Origin: Negaprion brevirostris
Lineage: Eukaryota
Assembly (NCBI GenBank): GCA_030324005.1
Contig: JARDVH010000128.1
Coordinates: 31,991,370 to 32,055,369, forward strand
DNA: 64,000 nucleotides
Direction: 5' to 3'
The position numbers were made by a program, and so were the translations under genes. Positions within the stretch are counted from its first letter, which is position 1; each line of letters opens with the position of its first letter. The notes beneath the pieces are model-generated. The model was not told where the DNA came from, did not search any database, and worked only from the letters and a program-made list of their open reading frames with translations. Positions 51,432 through 64,000 of the stretch are shown here, in pieces.

Positions 51432-51765
51432 GTGCTCAGGGAGTGCTGCACAGTCAGAGGGGCAGTGCCGAGGGAGCGCCGTGCAGCAGCGGAGGGGGAG
51501 ACGGGCAATGCCGAGGGAACGCTGTGCAGTGGGGAGGGGGTGCAATGCCGAGGGAATGCCGCGCAGCAGGAGGAACAGTGTTGGGGGAGTGCTATGCAAT
51601 TGGGGGAGCAGTGCTGAGGGAGTGCTGCACAGTTGAGGAGACAGTGCTGCACGCGCAAAGGGGCAGCAGTGTGGGCGTGCCGTGTGCTCAGAGGGGCAAT
51701 GGTCTGGATATGCCATGCAATTCAAAGGGCAGCGCTGGAGCTGACCATACTGTCAGAGGGTCAGT
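51432..51765. repeat. Degenerate GC-rich tandem array derived from a SINE segment
   Basis: Recurrent cagtgctgagggagtgctgcac-like units. Confidence 0.6.
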
Positions 51766-52055
51766 GGCATATGCTTTCATGTTGTGCAGAATAGAAATCT
51801 AGAAAATTTAAGGGGAGAAAGCAGTAATCTTTTTAAAATGCAAGGATGACACTGACAAACAAAAACTTTCAAACTGAATTTGAGCACTTTTCATGTTCAG
51901 ATTATATATTGCACCAAATCTTGTGACATTCAAACATTGATTCTGCTAGAGTGGAGCATTTAGAAAGGTGATTAATTTTGAAGAATTATGACAAGAATTT
52001 GGTTTGTGCCAGTGGTACTCACTTGGATATTACATGTGGTCCTTCTTATTTGCAG

Positions 52056-52343
52056 ATACTATATGGACTAGCAACCGTGGCCATTCAACAATTAAGAAGA
52101 AAACTGTCAGCAAAGGTCTAGGTGTAAAAGAACGAGTTTTGGGAAATATGCAGAAGTTTCGAAGGAAGGAACCTGAGCGTTTGAGACACAGCAATGACGA
52201 GAAAATACTGCCAGCTTGTACCATCCAAGAGGATGAGAAGAATAAGGAATTCTGCTCCTTGGACACAAGCAGGGAGAATGATGGAAGAGACAGTCAGTCA
52301 GCTGCAGCAACTCTTCCTGGACCATCTGTTCCAAAGGAAGACG
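52056..52343 (+). CDS. SLX4: SLX4 coding exon 2
   Basis: ttgcag|AT ACT...; includes LGVKERVLGNMQKFRRKEPERLRH (conserved SLX4 N-terminal block); 288 nt, phase 1-1. Confidence 0.9.
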
Positions 52344-53072
52344 GTTAGTTTATCAAATGTTTGATTCTCTGTTCCGAGATTAACCATTAATCGGATACAC
52401 AGGCCAGTTGCCTATGACAAGTCTAAATTGAAATATGTCAACCATTAGAGCTTAATGAGAGTAGGAACAACACAGGGTTCATCCTGTGTTCAATTCCCCA
52501 GGCAGCTCAATGGTTTGCTTGATCAAACGCTATGCTCCCCATTTCTGTGGGGATACATGTTACTATTGCACTGGGCTGTACTGCCTTATTTACTATTTTT
52601 AATATATGGCTATTTACATTCTAGTGATACCTGACCTGAATTAACTGCATTTTCACCATGATCATTTACGCTATACTGATACAGCAAACCTAATCTGTAT
52701 TGCAAGAGGACATTATTCCCTTATTAAATGAGGAAGACCTTTTTTTAATCTCTTCCTGTCACGTGATGTAGTTACTAGCAAAACTTAGCAGCCATTATAC
52801 CAATGATGAGGACAAATTGGCTAGAGTGGAGAATAGGAAAGCTGAACAGAAAAGCTGAGATGGAGAAGCAGAAAGTCCCATGGAAAATGTCTTAAGTAGC
52901 TTAGTAGACTACTATCGGATGCTGAAGCTTCGATGTGGAATTTAACATGCCATCTTAACTCTGGGTGCATCAGAGCTTTGAAGTACTTCTGGCTATCTAA
53001 TAATTCCCTGCTTTCCACCTGGAAACTCTTGACAAAATAACATTTAGAGGTAAATATATCTGTCTGCAATAG

Positions 53073-53244
53073 GTGACTGTCCAGGGACCACAGACAGTGA
53101 TTTGGCTTTGGCATGGACAATACAACAGGAGGTCGGAGCAGCTGATGCCTACACCCTTGAAGACAATGGGCTCTTTTTTTGTGTAATCTGTCAGAAGGAT
53201 CTTTCTAACATGAACTCCACTCGTCGCACACAGCACACCAACAG
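53073..53244 (+). CDS. SLX4: SLX4 coding exon 3 (UBZ4-1)
   Basis: DSDLALAWTIQQE...LEDNGLFFCVICQKDLSNMNSTRRTQHTN(R), 172 nt. Confidence 0.95.
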
Positions 53245-53807
53245 GTGAGAAGCAGCTGAACACAAAAACTAACTTTTCTGAACATTATGTGGTTGACATT
53301 GTTAATGTATCAAACCTGTTCTTTACAGACCAACCTTCCAGATGCTTTTTTATATTTAGTCTTAACTGACTGGAGCTCATACACTAATTATTTTATCATG
53401 TGATTCCAAATAAACCTGTTGGACTTTAACTTCTTACTGTACTATTTTATTTGACTCTTAGCTTAATTCTAGTTATGTTCTTGTAGTGAAGGAATGGAAG
53501 AAACCAGTTTTTTTTTTTAGAAAAAGCTAGCTGAACAGCTGTCCACTCTAGCGTGAAGCATAACCAACCAGCACAGACAGACTAGACTAGATTTCCAGGC
53601 AAAAAGCATCAGATGACCGGAAGCACTTCAAATCTTTAATACACCAAGGGTTAAGATGGCACTATAAACTCCACAGCCAAATTTAAACATACTAAAAATA
53701 GTCAATATCAATCAAGCTATTTAAGACAACTTGCAGATATTCTGGCGCTTTCCACTCTCTGTCTCAGCTTGTAAATTGTATTAAATTCTTTCTATTTGTT
53801 CTCACAG

Positions 53808-54029
53808 ATGCTTGGATGAAGGAGAGCAGAGAACAGCGACAATAGCCTCTTTAAACGTACCTTCAGTTCCTGAATGTCCAATTTGTGGGAAACATTTTAA
53901 AAGCTTCAAGAGCCGAGCAATTCACCTCAAACGCTGTGCCATTGAATTGGAGGTCCCACCACAATTATTGCTGCAGGCAGTTCAGAGACAGAACTCCCAG
54001 CGTCCTGAAAGCTCAGCTTGCTCAACAAG
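53808..54029 (+). CDS. SLX4: SLX4 coding exon 4 (UBZ4-2)
   Basis: CLDE...PECPICGKHFKSFKSRAIHLKRCAIELEVPPQLLLQAVQRQ, 222 nt. Confidence 0.96.
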
Positions 54030-54829
54030 GTAAATGACATAAAAAGCTAGAGTTGATCCTGGTCCCAGTTCTTACGCACGAGGAGATTCTGCCACTATAT
54101 CCATATTGGGCTCACTCCTGCCTTTCAGACTTGCCTTCATGTTTGATTGTCTTTATCCTTTGAGGCAACTCTGGTGTCCTGCACACCCAGTGCTGCTATC
54201 TCCCAATGTAATCCATTTGAATGGTCAGTGTGTCTGATGTATGCTGTCTATCCACAATGACAGTGACAAGTTTGAGTGTGTTGCACATGTTTGACATGAT
54301 CACCTGAGTTCATTCTGTTCTATTCCCACAACCTTCAGTATAAATAAGGTGAGGGTGATTAGGTGTCACAATGGGTTCACATGTTCTTGCCAGATTGCTC
54401 CAGATGTGATTCCATTGCAGGATGATGGATCAAAGGTCATGGGTGGAGGGGGGCACTGGTGGTGTTAAGATGGGGGCATGGGCTCATTGGGCCAAAGGGC
54501 CTGTTTCCCGGGCTGTTTTCGTTCTTTGTTCTTTGTTCTAAATCTTCCCCACTCTCTCCAGTTCAGACATTAAACTGGGATTCTATCTGCCCAGTTTTAA
54601 GCTCACCATCTAAGGCCTTCACTCCAGTGCACAACTGAGGAATGTTCCACTGTTGGAGGTGCTGATTTTTGGGATGATAAAATACATTGAAGTAAGGTCA
54701 ACCTATTCAAGTGTGTGTAAAATTGCACAGCATCTCTCAGATACCAGTCCCTCCATTTAAAAATATTTCATTGGGTGTGAAATACATTGACACATTTCTG
54801 AGAGGCAAAGTCAGGTACATACAAACAAA

Positions 54830-55320
54830 CAAATTAGAAACAGGAGTAAGTAATTCAACCTGTCCAGTTTGCTCTGCCATTCAGTAAGATCATTGCTGAT
54901 CTGATTGTGGCTTCAACTCCACTTACCTTCTTACATCTTCATACTCTTTTTGACTCCCTTGTCAATCAAGAATCTATCTAATTCAGCCTTAAAAATATTC
55001 AGTGACCCAGCCTTCACCGCTGTCTGGGGAAGAGATTTCCAGTCTTACGATCTGCTTACGAGAGTAAAGGTTTCTCCTCACCTCCGTCTTGAATGAGAGA
55101 TTCATTCTAAACTGTGTCCCATATTCCAATCTCTCCCATAAGCACAAACATCCTCTCAGCATCCATTCTGTCAAGCCCTCTCAGGTTCTTATTGTTTCAA
55201 TAAGATCACATCTCATTCTTCTAAAATATAGGCCCCACCTGTCCAAACTTTCCTCCAAACACCTTCTGCCCAGGAACCAGTTGAGTGCACCTTCCTCTAT
55301 GAAAGTGCAAACCTTCCTTT
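54830..55320 (-). mobile_element. CR1-like LINE 3' fragment
   Basis: Reverse CR1 tail (attagaaacaggagtaag..ccattcagtaagatcattgctgatc) and RT end. Confidence 0.7.
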
Positions 55321-55644
55321 ATGATTCCTCATAGCCTTGGGCTGTGGTTGTTACATTATCATTGCACTACAATCAAAGTCAGGTTAAAGGACTAAACAAA
55401 GCTTTTCTTGATATGACCCAGCAAAGGTTCACAGAGAGGATCTCTTGTAAGATCAGCATCATTGACTAGCTCAGATGTATTGTAAATTAGTTATGATTTT
55501 TTCAGTGATGTTTACAAGGATATCTCCTGTGAAATACCTTGCATTGTACTTTGTCTTTTGTGTGTAGATCTCTGGATGCATGTCTGTTATGTATATAAAC
55601 TTTTAAAATCTTCTTTCTTTTCTCATTTCAATTCTAAATGTCAG

Positions 55645-55862
55645 CCTTCAACCAGGTCGATTAAAAAGAAAAGGTTCAACAAAAGAAAATGGACTGCCAA
55701 AGAAGTGCAAGACCACCAGGGAGCAACCGGTGGATGAGGATACAATGGTCGCCATGGCGCTATCTGCATCTTTGTTGGAACAGCAGAAACGGGAGCAGGA
55801 GAAACAAAACATGTCCCTGCACACTAATAACTTCAGCCTCACCAAAATAGTGACAGCAGCAG
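55645..55862 (+). CDS. SLX4: SLX4 coding exon 5 (MLR start)
   Basis: LKRKGSTKENGLPKKCK...DEDTMVAMALSASLLEQ, 218 nt, phase 2-1. Confidence 0.93.
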
Positions 55863-56326
55863 GTAGGAGCTAAACTGTGGCCACTTGCACTTGTTAAAAT
55901 GCAGTTTTACTCTTATCTTGAATCCTTCTCTATGAAGTGTAACTTGAAAATCAGTCTGAAAATGTGTTGTTACTTATTATTCCATCAAGGTAAATAACTG
56001 CACCACACAAGTTCTTTTTTGAAATGCAAGTTCCTTTGAGCTCGTGATCACTTTCAGGGCATATTCTGAGAAACACTGTTCAGTCCAGAGGGATATTAAT
56101 GCATTTTAACACAAAATAATCACGAGAACAAGCCATTGTGGGTGAAGTACAAATAATGTTGTTTTTTCCATCAGTTCTATGTTATCAGGTGACATTCCTT
56201 GGAACTTTAGACCTTTTATAGTTTGTAAATTCTATTGTCATTTTCCTGTTGTAGTGTTAAGCTGATTTTATTATTAATGTAATCTATAAATACTTCATTT
56301 CAATGCTGGATTTTTTTTGTTTTTAG

Positions 56327-56649
56327 ACAAGAAGGGTCGGAAGAAGAGGAAGGATGGCCTCCCCCCCTTGTTATTGGTGCAGGATCCTGAAACAGCGCTC
56401 AAACGGATCCAAAACAGTTTGGCAACACTGTTGTCTGAGGAAATGGAAATATGTAGCACCCCTCCGCTGCCTGCAAGCACTTTCCACGTGGGTGGAGTTG
56501 TGAGGCACGTCTGCCATGTACACTCAGGGATAACGGAACAAGATAGCCTGTGGTATCGCAGTGCCTTGTTTGGAGCCAGTGATTGGGACGTAGCACTCTT
56601 TTATACAAATAGCCTGGTTCCTCCTATAATACCATGGAAACCACAAGAG
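56327..56649 (+). CDS. SLX4: SLX4 coding exon 6 (MLR, XPF-binding region)
   Basis: PPLLLVQDPETALKRIQ...STPPLPAS...LWYRSAL...FYTNSLVPPIIPW, 323 nt. Confidence 0.96.
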
Positions 56650-57534
56650 GTGAGGTGGTTTGTGAAGCATTAAATATTCAAGAGGTTTAATCAGGAGAAG
56701 ATGATTGAAGATTTTATTAATTGTGCAAAAAGATCAACATCCCTATATGCGCACATCTGGTGCCTCCTACTCTTTTATTATCTGTTCCAATTTAAAGAAT
56801 TTTATAAAACCCAAACAATTTTCCAGCAGTTTCTGGGAATTGAGTCTGGTCCCTCATGATCTGGAGTCTGCAGATTCAGATAATTCCCCCTTTTGATAGT
56901 TACATGATTTCACACATGAACAGTAACTCTAATAAAAGAAGTCTGTTTACCAGATTAACTAGAAGTAGCTTTTCTATAGTAACTTTTGTAGAGTAAAACC
57001 TTGCATTTGGTATGATTTGCACAGGAGCACAGGTTTTCATGCATTTAATTTGTTTATCTGCAGTTAAATGAAAATATGCAGCATATTAAATGACATACTA
57101 TTGAGTGCAATTTTAAACAATATCATTAGTAAATGTTCATGATCTTTATTTTGAAAACTATTAATGAAAATAAAGACTCTGGATTGGCAGTTCAATCTCC
57201 TGTCACTTTTGATAATACCATCTACTAAAGTTAGCGTGATTTACAGTCATTCTTTAATGCTTCTGTGAGAATCAGTCCAAATAAACCAGGTTACCAATAA
57301 CCTAATTGGTTCCATATTGATTTGAATTACAATATAAAGCAAGTCATTTTGCATTTGTGTGGTATATTTTGTGAACTAGCATCTTGAAGAGACACTAACC
57401 ATAGAATATATAACATTAAACTTATTAAGCATGCAATAGCTTTTTCGTGGAGCTATCTAATTAATCCTGCTTCCTTGCTTTTTCCCCAAAGCCCCATTAA
57501 AAGAAAAATAATCATAACGTGTGTTTTGTTGAAG

Positions 57535-57811
57535 GGGCATGATCATGAGTTTCCTACTTATAAGGAAAAGGTGTTATCTTCTACAATGGATGCCAAAGCC
57601 CTTCTAAAACCCACTTCGGAGCTGATCCATCAACACTCTGCACCAGTTGGCAGTGGGTGTGAGATTGGGACTAAGGACATGCCCATGACTAGAAGTCAGC
57701 AAGATCAGACATTCTTTGACTTGATGGATTTAGCTGGTGAGGGAATGACATTGACACAATGGAATTACAGGGTGAAGAGTGAGCAAGACAATGGAGTTAC
57801 AGGAAGAAACG
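57535..57811 (+). CDS. SLX4: SLX4 coding exon 7
   Basis: ...SQQDQTFFDLMDLAGEGMTLTQWN..., 277 nt, gaag|...|gtaagt. Confidence 0.9.
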
Positions 57812-58339
57812 GTAAGTAGAAACTTTGCACGACTGATTAAAGATCTGGAACATTGTGATCCTTGGATGGTTACAGAATTTTCTTTCAAAAATTGGATTGG
57901 GTTTAAGAATACAGAAATTATATGAATTCTAATTATGGGAATAAATAATTTTACAGGGAATAGTATTCCTGTTTGGATATTAGTAGAGGTTTTAGAATTG
58001 AATTGTTCTTGCCATTATGAATTAGTACTTAAAAAAAGCAGTAATTAATGTGGATTCTGATCCAAAATCTGTTAAATCATGTTTCTCTGAATTGTACAGT
58101 AATAGTTTTCTGATAGATGCTTTTTAATTTCTTGGTATAACTTTTTTTCAGAAAAAATGGTACTCAACAGAATTTAATGTTTTGTGTGGTTAGAATGTCT
58201 TGTGGATAGTGTTGCTTTGTGTTGAATATTGTAGTAATGGTTATGGGCTTATCATTCTATTTAGTGAAACTCTCATTTATTTTTATAAATCAAAGCATGT
58301 ATTCCAAGTTCAACTGTATCCATTCGTTTTAACTGACAG

Positions 58340-58428
58340 GAAGGGACTCTTTATCAGATGACATTATGCCAAGTGGATTTGTCCCAGCTCAGAGCGAGAG
58401 AATTTGTGACAATAATATTCATCATGGA
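58340..58428 (+). CDS. SLX4: SLX4 coding exon 8
   Basis: RDSLSDDIMPSGFVPAQSERICDNNIHHG, 89 nt, phase 1-0; SGFV motif conserved. Confidence 0.85.
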
Positions 58429-58628
58429 GTAAGCAAACCAGTTTAATTTTATTAAAGTGAGATTCAAATCTATCCTGTTTCAGCAATTTTGACCATTTTT
58501 GTGACTAGCTCGCTGGCGTGCCCCATCAAAGTTTTAAAGCTTGGGCGAGAAGTCCGATGCAACATGGAGAGATTATTTTGTAATGTTAAGTGCTGGTAAT
58601 TGTTTTAATGCTTGCATTTTGATTTCAG

Positions 58629-58775
58629 AAACAACTGAAGGAACTGAGTGAAGACCTTGGAGGGATGGTGAACAATCCCCACCTGAGTGATGTGCAATTT
58701 CAGGTGGACAATGGCGAGATTGTGTACGCTCACCAGTTTGTTCTCTACGCTCGCTCTCCACAGCTTGTGCAAATT
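58629..58775 (+). CDS. SLX4: SLX4 coding exon 9 (BTB, first half)
   Basis: KQLKELSEDLGGMVNNPHLSDVQFQVDNGEIVYAHQFVLYARSPQLVQI, 147 nt. Confidence 0.97.
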
Positions 58776-59304
58776 GTAAGTGATAGGAATGCTTTCTGTA
58801 AAGGGGGTGTAAAAATTATTTTTTCAGACCTTTCCCTTTTCAGTCTTCTCTCCCTTCTGGTTAAGAGTCACACAAGAAGCTGTTGTCTCCTTAGGAGCAT
58901 GCCTTACATGAGACTCTTCCATCAGTTGGTAATCTTGATGTATAACATTGTTACATTAACATTGGAGAGAGATTGCAGAATAATAAAGCTGCTTTGTTTG
59001 CAACTGGGGAACGTGTATCAAACCTGGCTCTACAATTTAACCATCTCCAATGATGTGCATAATGTTTTCTTCTACCTTGTGCTGCCACATACTTTTTTAG
59101 CCATAAGCTTGTACTAATTTGAATCATTCAGAATGGAATTACTTAACCCAAGTTAAATCCAGTGAGTGGTCAGTTAAATCTGACTGCCTTTAAATAGTAA
59201 GTGAGTTACGTGGCTCTCCTGAAGGATTAACCCATGGCAGCTTACCACAATTCTTCACCCATTCTCTTTTGCCAACTCTTCTGCCACCATATCACCCATT
59301 TACT

Positions 59305-59518
59305 TGTGGCTGACATGGTGGCACAGTGGTTAGCACTGCTACCCACAATGCCAGGGACCTGGGTTCGATTCCCGGCTGGGTCACTGTCCACGTGGAGTTT
59401 GCATGTTCTCCCCCTTTCTNNNNNNNNNNGCCAGAGTCTGGCAATTAGAGGAATTTCACAGTAACTTCATTGCAGTGTTAATGTAAGCCTTACTTGTGAC
59501 CAATAAATGAACTTTAAA
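59305..59518 (+). mobile_element. V-SINE copy in SLX4 intron
   Basis: atggtggcacagtggttagcactgct...gggttcgattccc head and shared tail. Confidence 0.8.
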
Positions 59519-59549
59519 CCTTGAGTTTGTTGACTTACTTGTTTTGTAG

Positions 59550-59719
59550 GTGCACGATGAAGGATTCTTGGTGGAAGAGGATGGTGCTGCCGTGATCCGC
59601 AGACTCTTAATGCCTGAAGTAACGATAGAGGCAGTCTGTACATTCCTTCGATATCTGTATACTGCTAGTATTGCGGTATCTCCCACTGTACTTCCAGAGG
59701 TGCATGCTCTTGCTAAGAG
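59550..59719 (+). CDS. SLX4: SLX4 coding exon 10 (BTB, second half)
   Basis: VHDEGFLVEEDG...EAVCTFLRYLYTA...LAK(R)|gtcagt, 170 nt. Confidence 0.96.
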
Positions 59720-59973
59720 GTCAGTATAGTTATACCATACTAAGATCAGTTGACTATCGAATTGGTGCCATTAATCTGTAGTACATCACTGATTCACATT
59801 TTAGAAATTTGATTCTAAAGATAAAATAACCGACTTAAAAGACAGAAAGGAGCTTGCCAAAAGAATTTTTTTTGTCTTGAATAGATTTCTGACATCTGCA
59901 GAATATGATCTTAAGATATCTTATTGCCTGCTGACTTACCTTTTCAGATTGACAATGATTCTGTGTTGATCAG

Positions 59974-62477
59974 GTTTACTATGAACGAGTTGATACAGAT
60001 TTGCGAGGCCTGGCCAGATGAAGCTGAACCCGATGGAAGTAGTTCGGAAAATGATCCTTTCACTATCACAGAAGACAATAACTATGGAAACAGAGAAGAC
60101 AACCTCCAGGACCTTTTGAGATCTATGTGGGCAGGTGAATCAGAAGATCCTGCCTTGGATATCAAGTCTGCAGATTACGAGGATGAAGAAAAGGTCAGTG
60201 AGAAAGTTGATGATGAGGAATTAGAAGAACTTTATGAGTTTGCTGCAACTCAGCGAAAAATCATGAGAACCTCCCTTAAGGCTCAAGAAAGTGAGAGACC
60301 TGATCAGAACAGTGTGGAAACTGGAGAGGAAACTGAGGTGCATGAAGAAAATGAGCGAAGTGTGGAGGGACTAAGAACTGAAAGTGAAACTGTAGGAAAT
60401 TGTGAGTCCTCCATGACTGAAGGAGAAAGCGGACCTGACTCTCGATGTCTTTTGAAGACACTGGAAGGATCCAAGATGCAAGAACCCTCTCAGAAAGTCA
60501 AAGCATTTCAACTGGAGGGATTACATAAGCACAGCCCCAGACCTGATTTAAATACCAGCAATGACTGCCTTTTTTCAGAAACTGATCTATCGCTAGAATC
60601 TGAGCAGGATATGGAACTTGGAGAAAAGTATGATTTTGATGCCTCTGAAGGAGACAAGGCTTTGCCTACAAAAGGCAATCATGTGTTTATCTCCTCTGCC
60701 AACTGCAGCATTAACCGAATTTCACCCGTCTGTGAGATTGAAAGTCCGTCTGCTTGCCCAAGTTTACCCGATCTGCCTTTGGTTGGCCTATCACCATTGG
60801 AAACTTGTACAAATGTGAAATCTCCACAAGAATGTCCACCTTTGACGTCGGCCGTAACCCCATCCCTTGGGGCTGTGCACCATGTGAATCCAACTGAAGT
60901 CTTGTCTTGTGACTCACTGGTTTCAACTGGGCAACAAAATTTGGCAAGTGAAAAGTGTGATAATTCTAGCATTCTTCAGGAACTCAATGCTCACAAATCT
61001 CCAAAATATTTTGGAGATTATTCATCAAAGGCAAAATCCCTTTCAGCAAGTGCTCTTTGCTTGAAGATGCCATTGCCATCCCAAAATACCTGTGAGGTAC
61101 ACCACTGCAATCTGTCACCACCTATTAGCATTGACTCCAGTCAGTCTCCATCAAAGAATAAATCCCTGCTGGTCATAGACTCCGATGAGGAAATGGAAAT
61201 TACTGAAAACAAAGTGTCAGCACCTTGTTCTGAAAACATACAGTTAATGTCATTGTACAATATTAAATGCTCTAATGATGAATTAGACCCACATTCGTGT
61301 GGTAAACGATTTAGTACTACATCCGATAAGGCGTTGAGTTCTGAGATGCACACTGAACAGAGAAACTTCAGAGTTTCTGGAATTCCATCCAAGTGCCTGG
61401 ATGAGGTATATGACAAGAGCAGTTCAGTGTTATCCACATCTGGTGTTGCTAAACAAGTGGCTAACCATGAAAATCATGTTCAAGATAGTGAAAGTGAGCT
61501 GACTCTACAGCTTAGCAGTGACGGTGAGCAGAGTAATGAAGACCATGCTGTGGAGGGGTCCTGGCTGATTCCAGCCACTCCACTTTCAACCAGAACTAGA
61601 CACTGTTCCACACTGGCTACAAATTCCCACATTCTGCAGAATCAAAATATTGAAGAGAGCACGTTGTTTGAGAAGCCAGTGGAACAGCAGATTACGGTGT
61701 TAAAATCTGATGGTGTGGAGCAGGAAAAAGCACAGGCAATTAACCCATTGAAGAACCAGTTCAGAGGTGCTAAAGAAATAAACCTAGTTAGAGAGTCAGA
61801 TTGTCCTGCAGAGAGGAATTCCATCAGTCAGTCATTGAGTGATTCACTGCCTTCATCCCCGATTCCTCCCACAGAGACCTCAGATTGTAGTATTGAATTA
61901 GAAAGTGAGGACGCTTCAGTCGCTCATTCTCCTTCAGTGAAGCTAACAGGAGCACTGTCAGTGTCACTCTCTTCTGAAGAGAAGGAGGCAACAGACAAGT
62001 CTGTGCTGGAGATCGAAGACACTGAGGAGGAGATGCCAACAGCTGAAGCTAGTTTTCAGTTTGAAGATGGGCCACCAATACCATATGATGAGTGTTGGAT
62101 GTCTGAAGGTAGTCCTCAACTTGAAGAGGATTCTAATGGTGAGGATGCATTTCTTCAGAAGACAATCAATCAAATGAAGAATAAAGATGAACTAGATCAT
62201 ACCACAAATTCCGAGAACAAAAATAGCACACCTCTCTCAGAAAAATCAAAGCCCAGTGGGCCCTTTTCATCTATTCAAGAACATCAGGACAGCAAAGCTG
62301 ATGAAAAGAACCTTTCAAGAAGACAACATCTCAGTTTTTTTGAATCCAATATCTGGAATGATTGGGATGAAGATGAGGAAGTTCCTGAATTCATCCCTGG
62401 ATTGTCTCAAAAGTTACCTGTGCTTCAGAAGGACACCGCTAATTCCAGAAAACGTGTTGCTGAGCACAAGACTCCAG
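59974..62477 (+). CDS. SLX4: SLX4 large coding exon 11 (disordered region with SIMs)
   Basis: 2504-nt open exon RFTMNELIQIC...LQDLLRSMW...EELYEFAATQR...LLVIDSDEE...SWLIPATPL...VLEIEDTEEE...KTP(G)|gtaagc; phase-2 acceptor gatcag|G. Confidence 0.95.
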
Positions 62478-63871
62478 GTAAGCAATTACCATGGATTAAG
62501 GAAGATTTTTAGCCCAGGCTTTTGAAGATTTGCAGTCAGTCTTAAAACTGGAGATGTGATATATGTGTGTTTTGAAGTTTAACCGTATAAACAACAAAGC
62601 TTTGAACATTTTTCAGACAATATTGCTTTAAGCATTTTGATTAAGTTTACATATCTCTGACAAATCCTGTCGAGAAACTCTAAACCAAAATAACCAAATT
62701 TATTGAATGACATCCCCCCCATCAAGAAATTACCATAAAAATTCCAATTTTTGTAATTTTTACTTTGATATGAATCAGAACCAGTGAAAACTGCACATGA
62801 ATTAACAGGCAATAATACTTCAAATATAAAGGTAAATCTCACTTTAAATAGTGAATGCAACAAAGAGGCATCTTACCTCATTCATACCAATGTCCCCACA
62901 CATAAATGCAGCACTCCATAGCTACTCCGCTCTGCAATATCCAGTTCTTTATTCATGCAAGGTAGGTCAGGAGTCTTAGAACAATTTGTTGATAACTTTC
63001 ACCTTCAAGTTTCACAGATATGATTATCATCAACAAGGCACACTTCTACAAATCTTCACTCCATCTGGTCACAACAGTCCAAGCTATTCACATGGATTTC
63101 TAGTTTTAGACCTTTTTAGCCAGCTCGCATGTCCAAAAACTCTTTTATCATTTTTTTCGACCAAACAGACTTATTCTTGAGGTTTGCCTCCTTTTCCTGT
63201 AAGGAGCCCATGTTCTTTCTGTCTCTATCTTCTTTCTCTTGGTAGCTGCGTCAGTGTACTGATCGCTTTCACCCTCCAGCTCCTCTGTATGTAGCTCTCC
63301 ACCAACCACATGGCTTATTTCTTCCTTCCTGTTGCTACTGCTTCTAGGCCAAGGGTAAACAGATCACATGGATTACTATTTCTTATCCAATGAAGTTTAT
63401 TCCTTTATAATTGTTGCAAACTCTTTTCAAACTTTTGTAAAAGCAGTTTGATTCTACAGATCTTGAAGGAAATTGCAAATTTTCCTCACTGTACTGTACT
63501 GCTTCTGGGTCAAAGGTAATCACAATACCAGATATATAAATATCTTTGGTCTCAATATGTGTAGTGGCTCAGAGTGATTTTCTTCCCCTGTTATCTGTGC
63601 GAATTATCCTAAACCTTGAATGGTATAATTTTCACTTTTTACAGCCAACATGAAACCTGGCTGTATACAATATAAACTGCAAACACAGGGAAAACTGAAA
63701 GTTAAACTGTAGATGTGAAGCCAGGGCTATGGAGTAAATAAAGTTTTTGTAATTTTAAAGCCAGCGCACGTCACAGTGATGTTGATTGAATGTAGCAGTA
63801 TTCTTTCATTCAGTTTTGTGGCCTTTTTAGGCTTATTTTCATCCACTGTATGATTCTGTATCTTCCTTCAG

Positions 63872-63974
63872 CACCTGTCAACCGAAGGAAGGCTCAATAT
63901 CCATTGGCTCCCATCACCCCAGAACCTCCTTACTCAACAATGGCCACCCCACACCTAAAGAAGGAACTGGGCAA
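63872..63974 (+). CDS. SLX4: SLX4 coding exon 12 (SAP domain start); gene continues beyond the window
   Basis: PVNRRKAQYPLAPITPEPPYSTMATPHLKKELG|gtaaga, 103 nt; matches human PITPMPQYSIMETPVLKKEL. Confidence 0.95.
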
Positions 63975-64000
63975 GTAAGATGATGGTTGCGGTTGAGTTT

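Noticed and set aside
51340-51802. Cluster of overlapping GC-rich ORFs or a second CpG island
   Set aside because: Degenerate SINE-derived tandem array within an SLX4 intron
60276-62173. Antisense and alternative-frame ORFs over the SLX4 exon
   Set aside because: Short shadow ORFs with no recognisable homology
59924-62512. Stand-alone 862-aa intronless gene
   Set aside because: It is the large internal SLX4 exon (59974-62477) read through its splice sites

Overview
Vertebrate genomic DNA, almost certainly a shark or other elasmobranch, judging by the HE1/V-SINE-like and Deu-SINE-like SINEs and the CR1, Rex1/Babar, RTE and Penelope fragments. It holds two spliced genes arranged head-to-head around one small CpG island (about 49030-49360). 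AMDHD2 (GlcNAc-6-phosphate deacetylase) is on the minus strand, with CDS from 45761 down to 23983. Ten of the expected 11 coding exons were reconstructed with GT-AG sites and consistent phases; the roughly 102-nt exon 10 is not visible and probably lies in an assembly gap. SLX4/FANCP is on the plus strand, with 12 coding exons from 50939 to 63974 (UBZ x2, MLR, BTB, SIM region, start of SAP), and continues beyond the window. Positions 1-23 kb appear to be repeat-rich intergenic DNA with several N gaps. I see no clearly novel biological system. The best leads are a compact bidirectional promoter, a spliced uORF in frame with SLX4 and separated from it by a single stop codon, and three families of hammerhead-ribozyme-like retroelement motifs, one forming a 220-bp palindrome.
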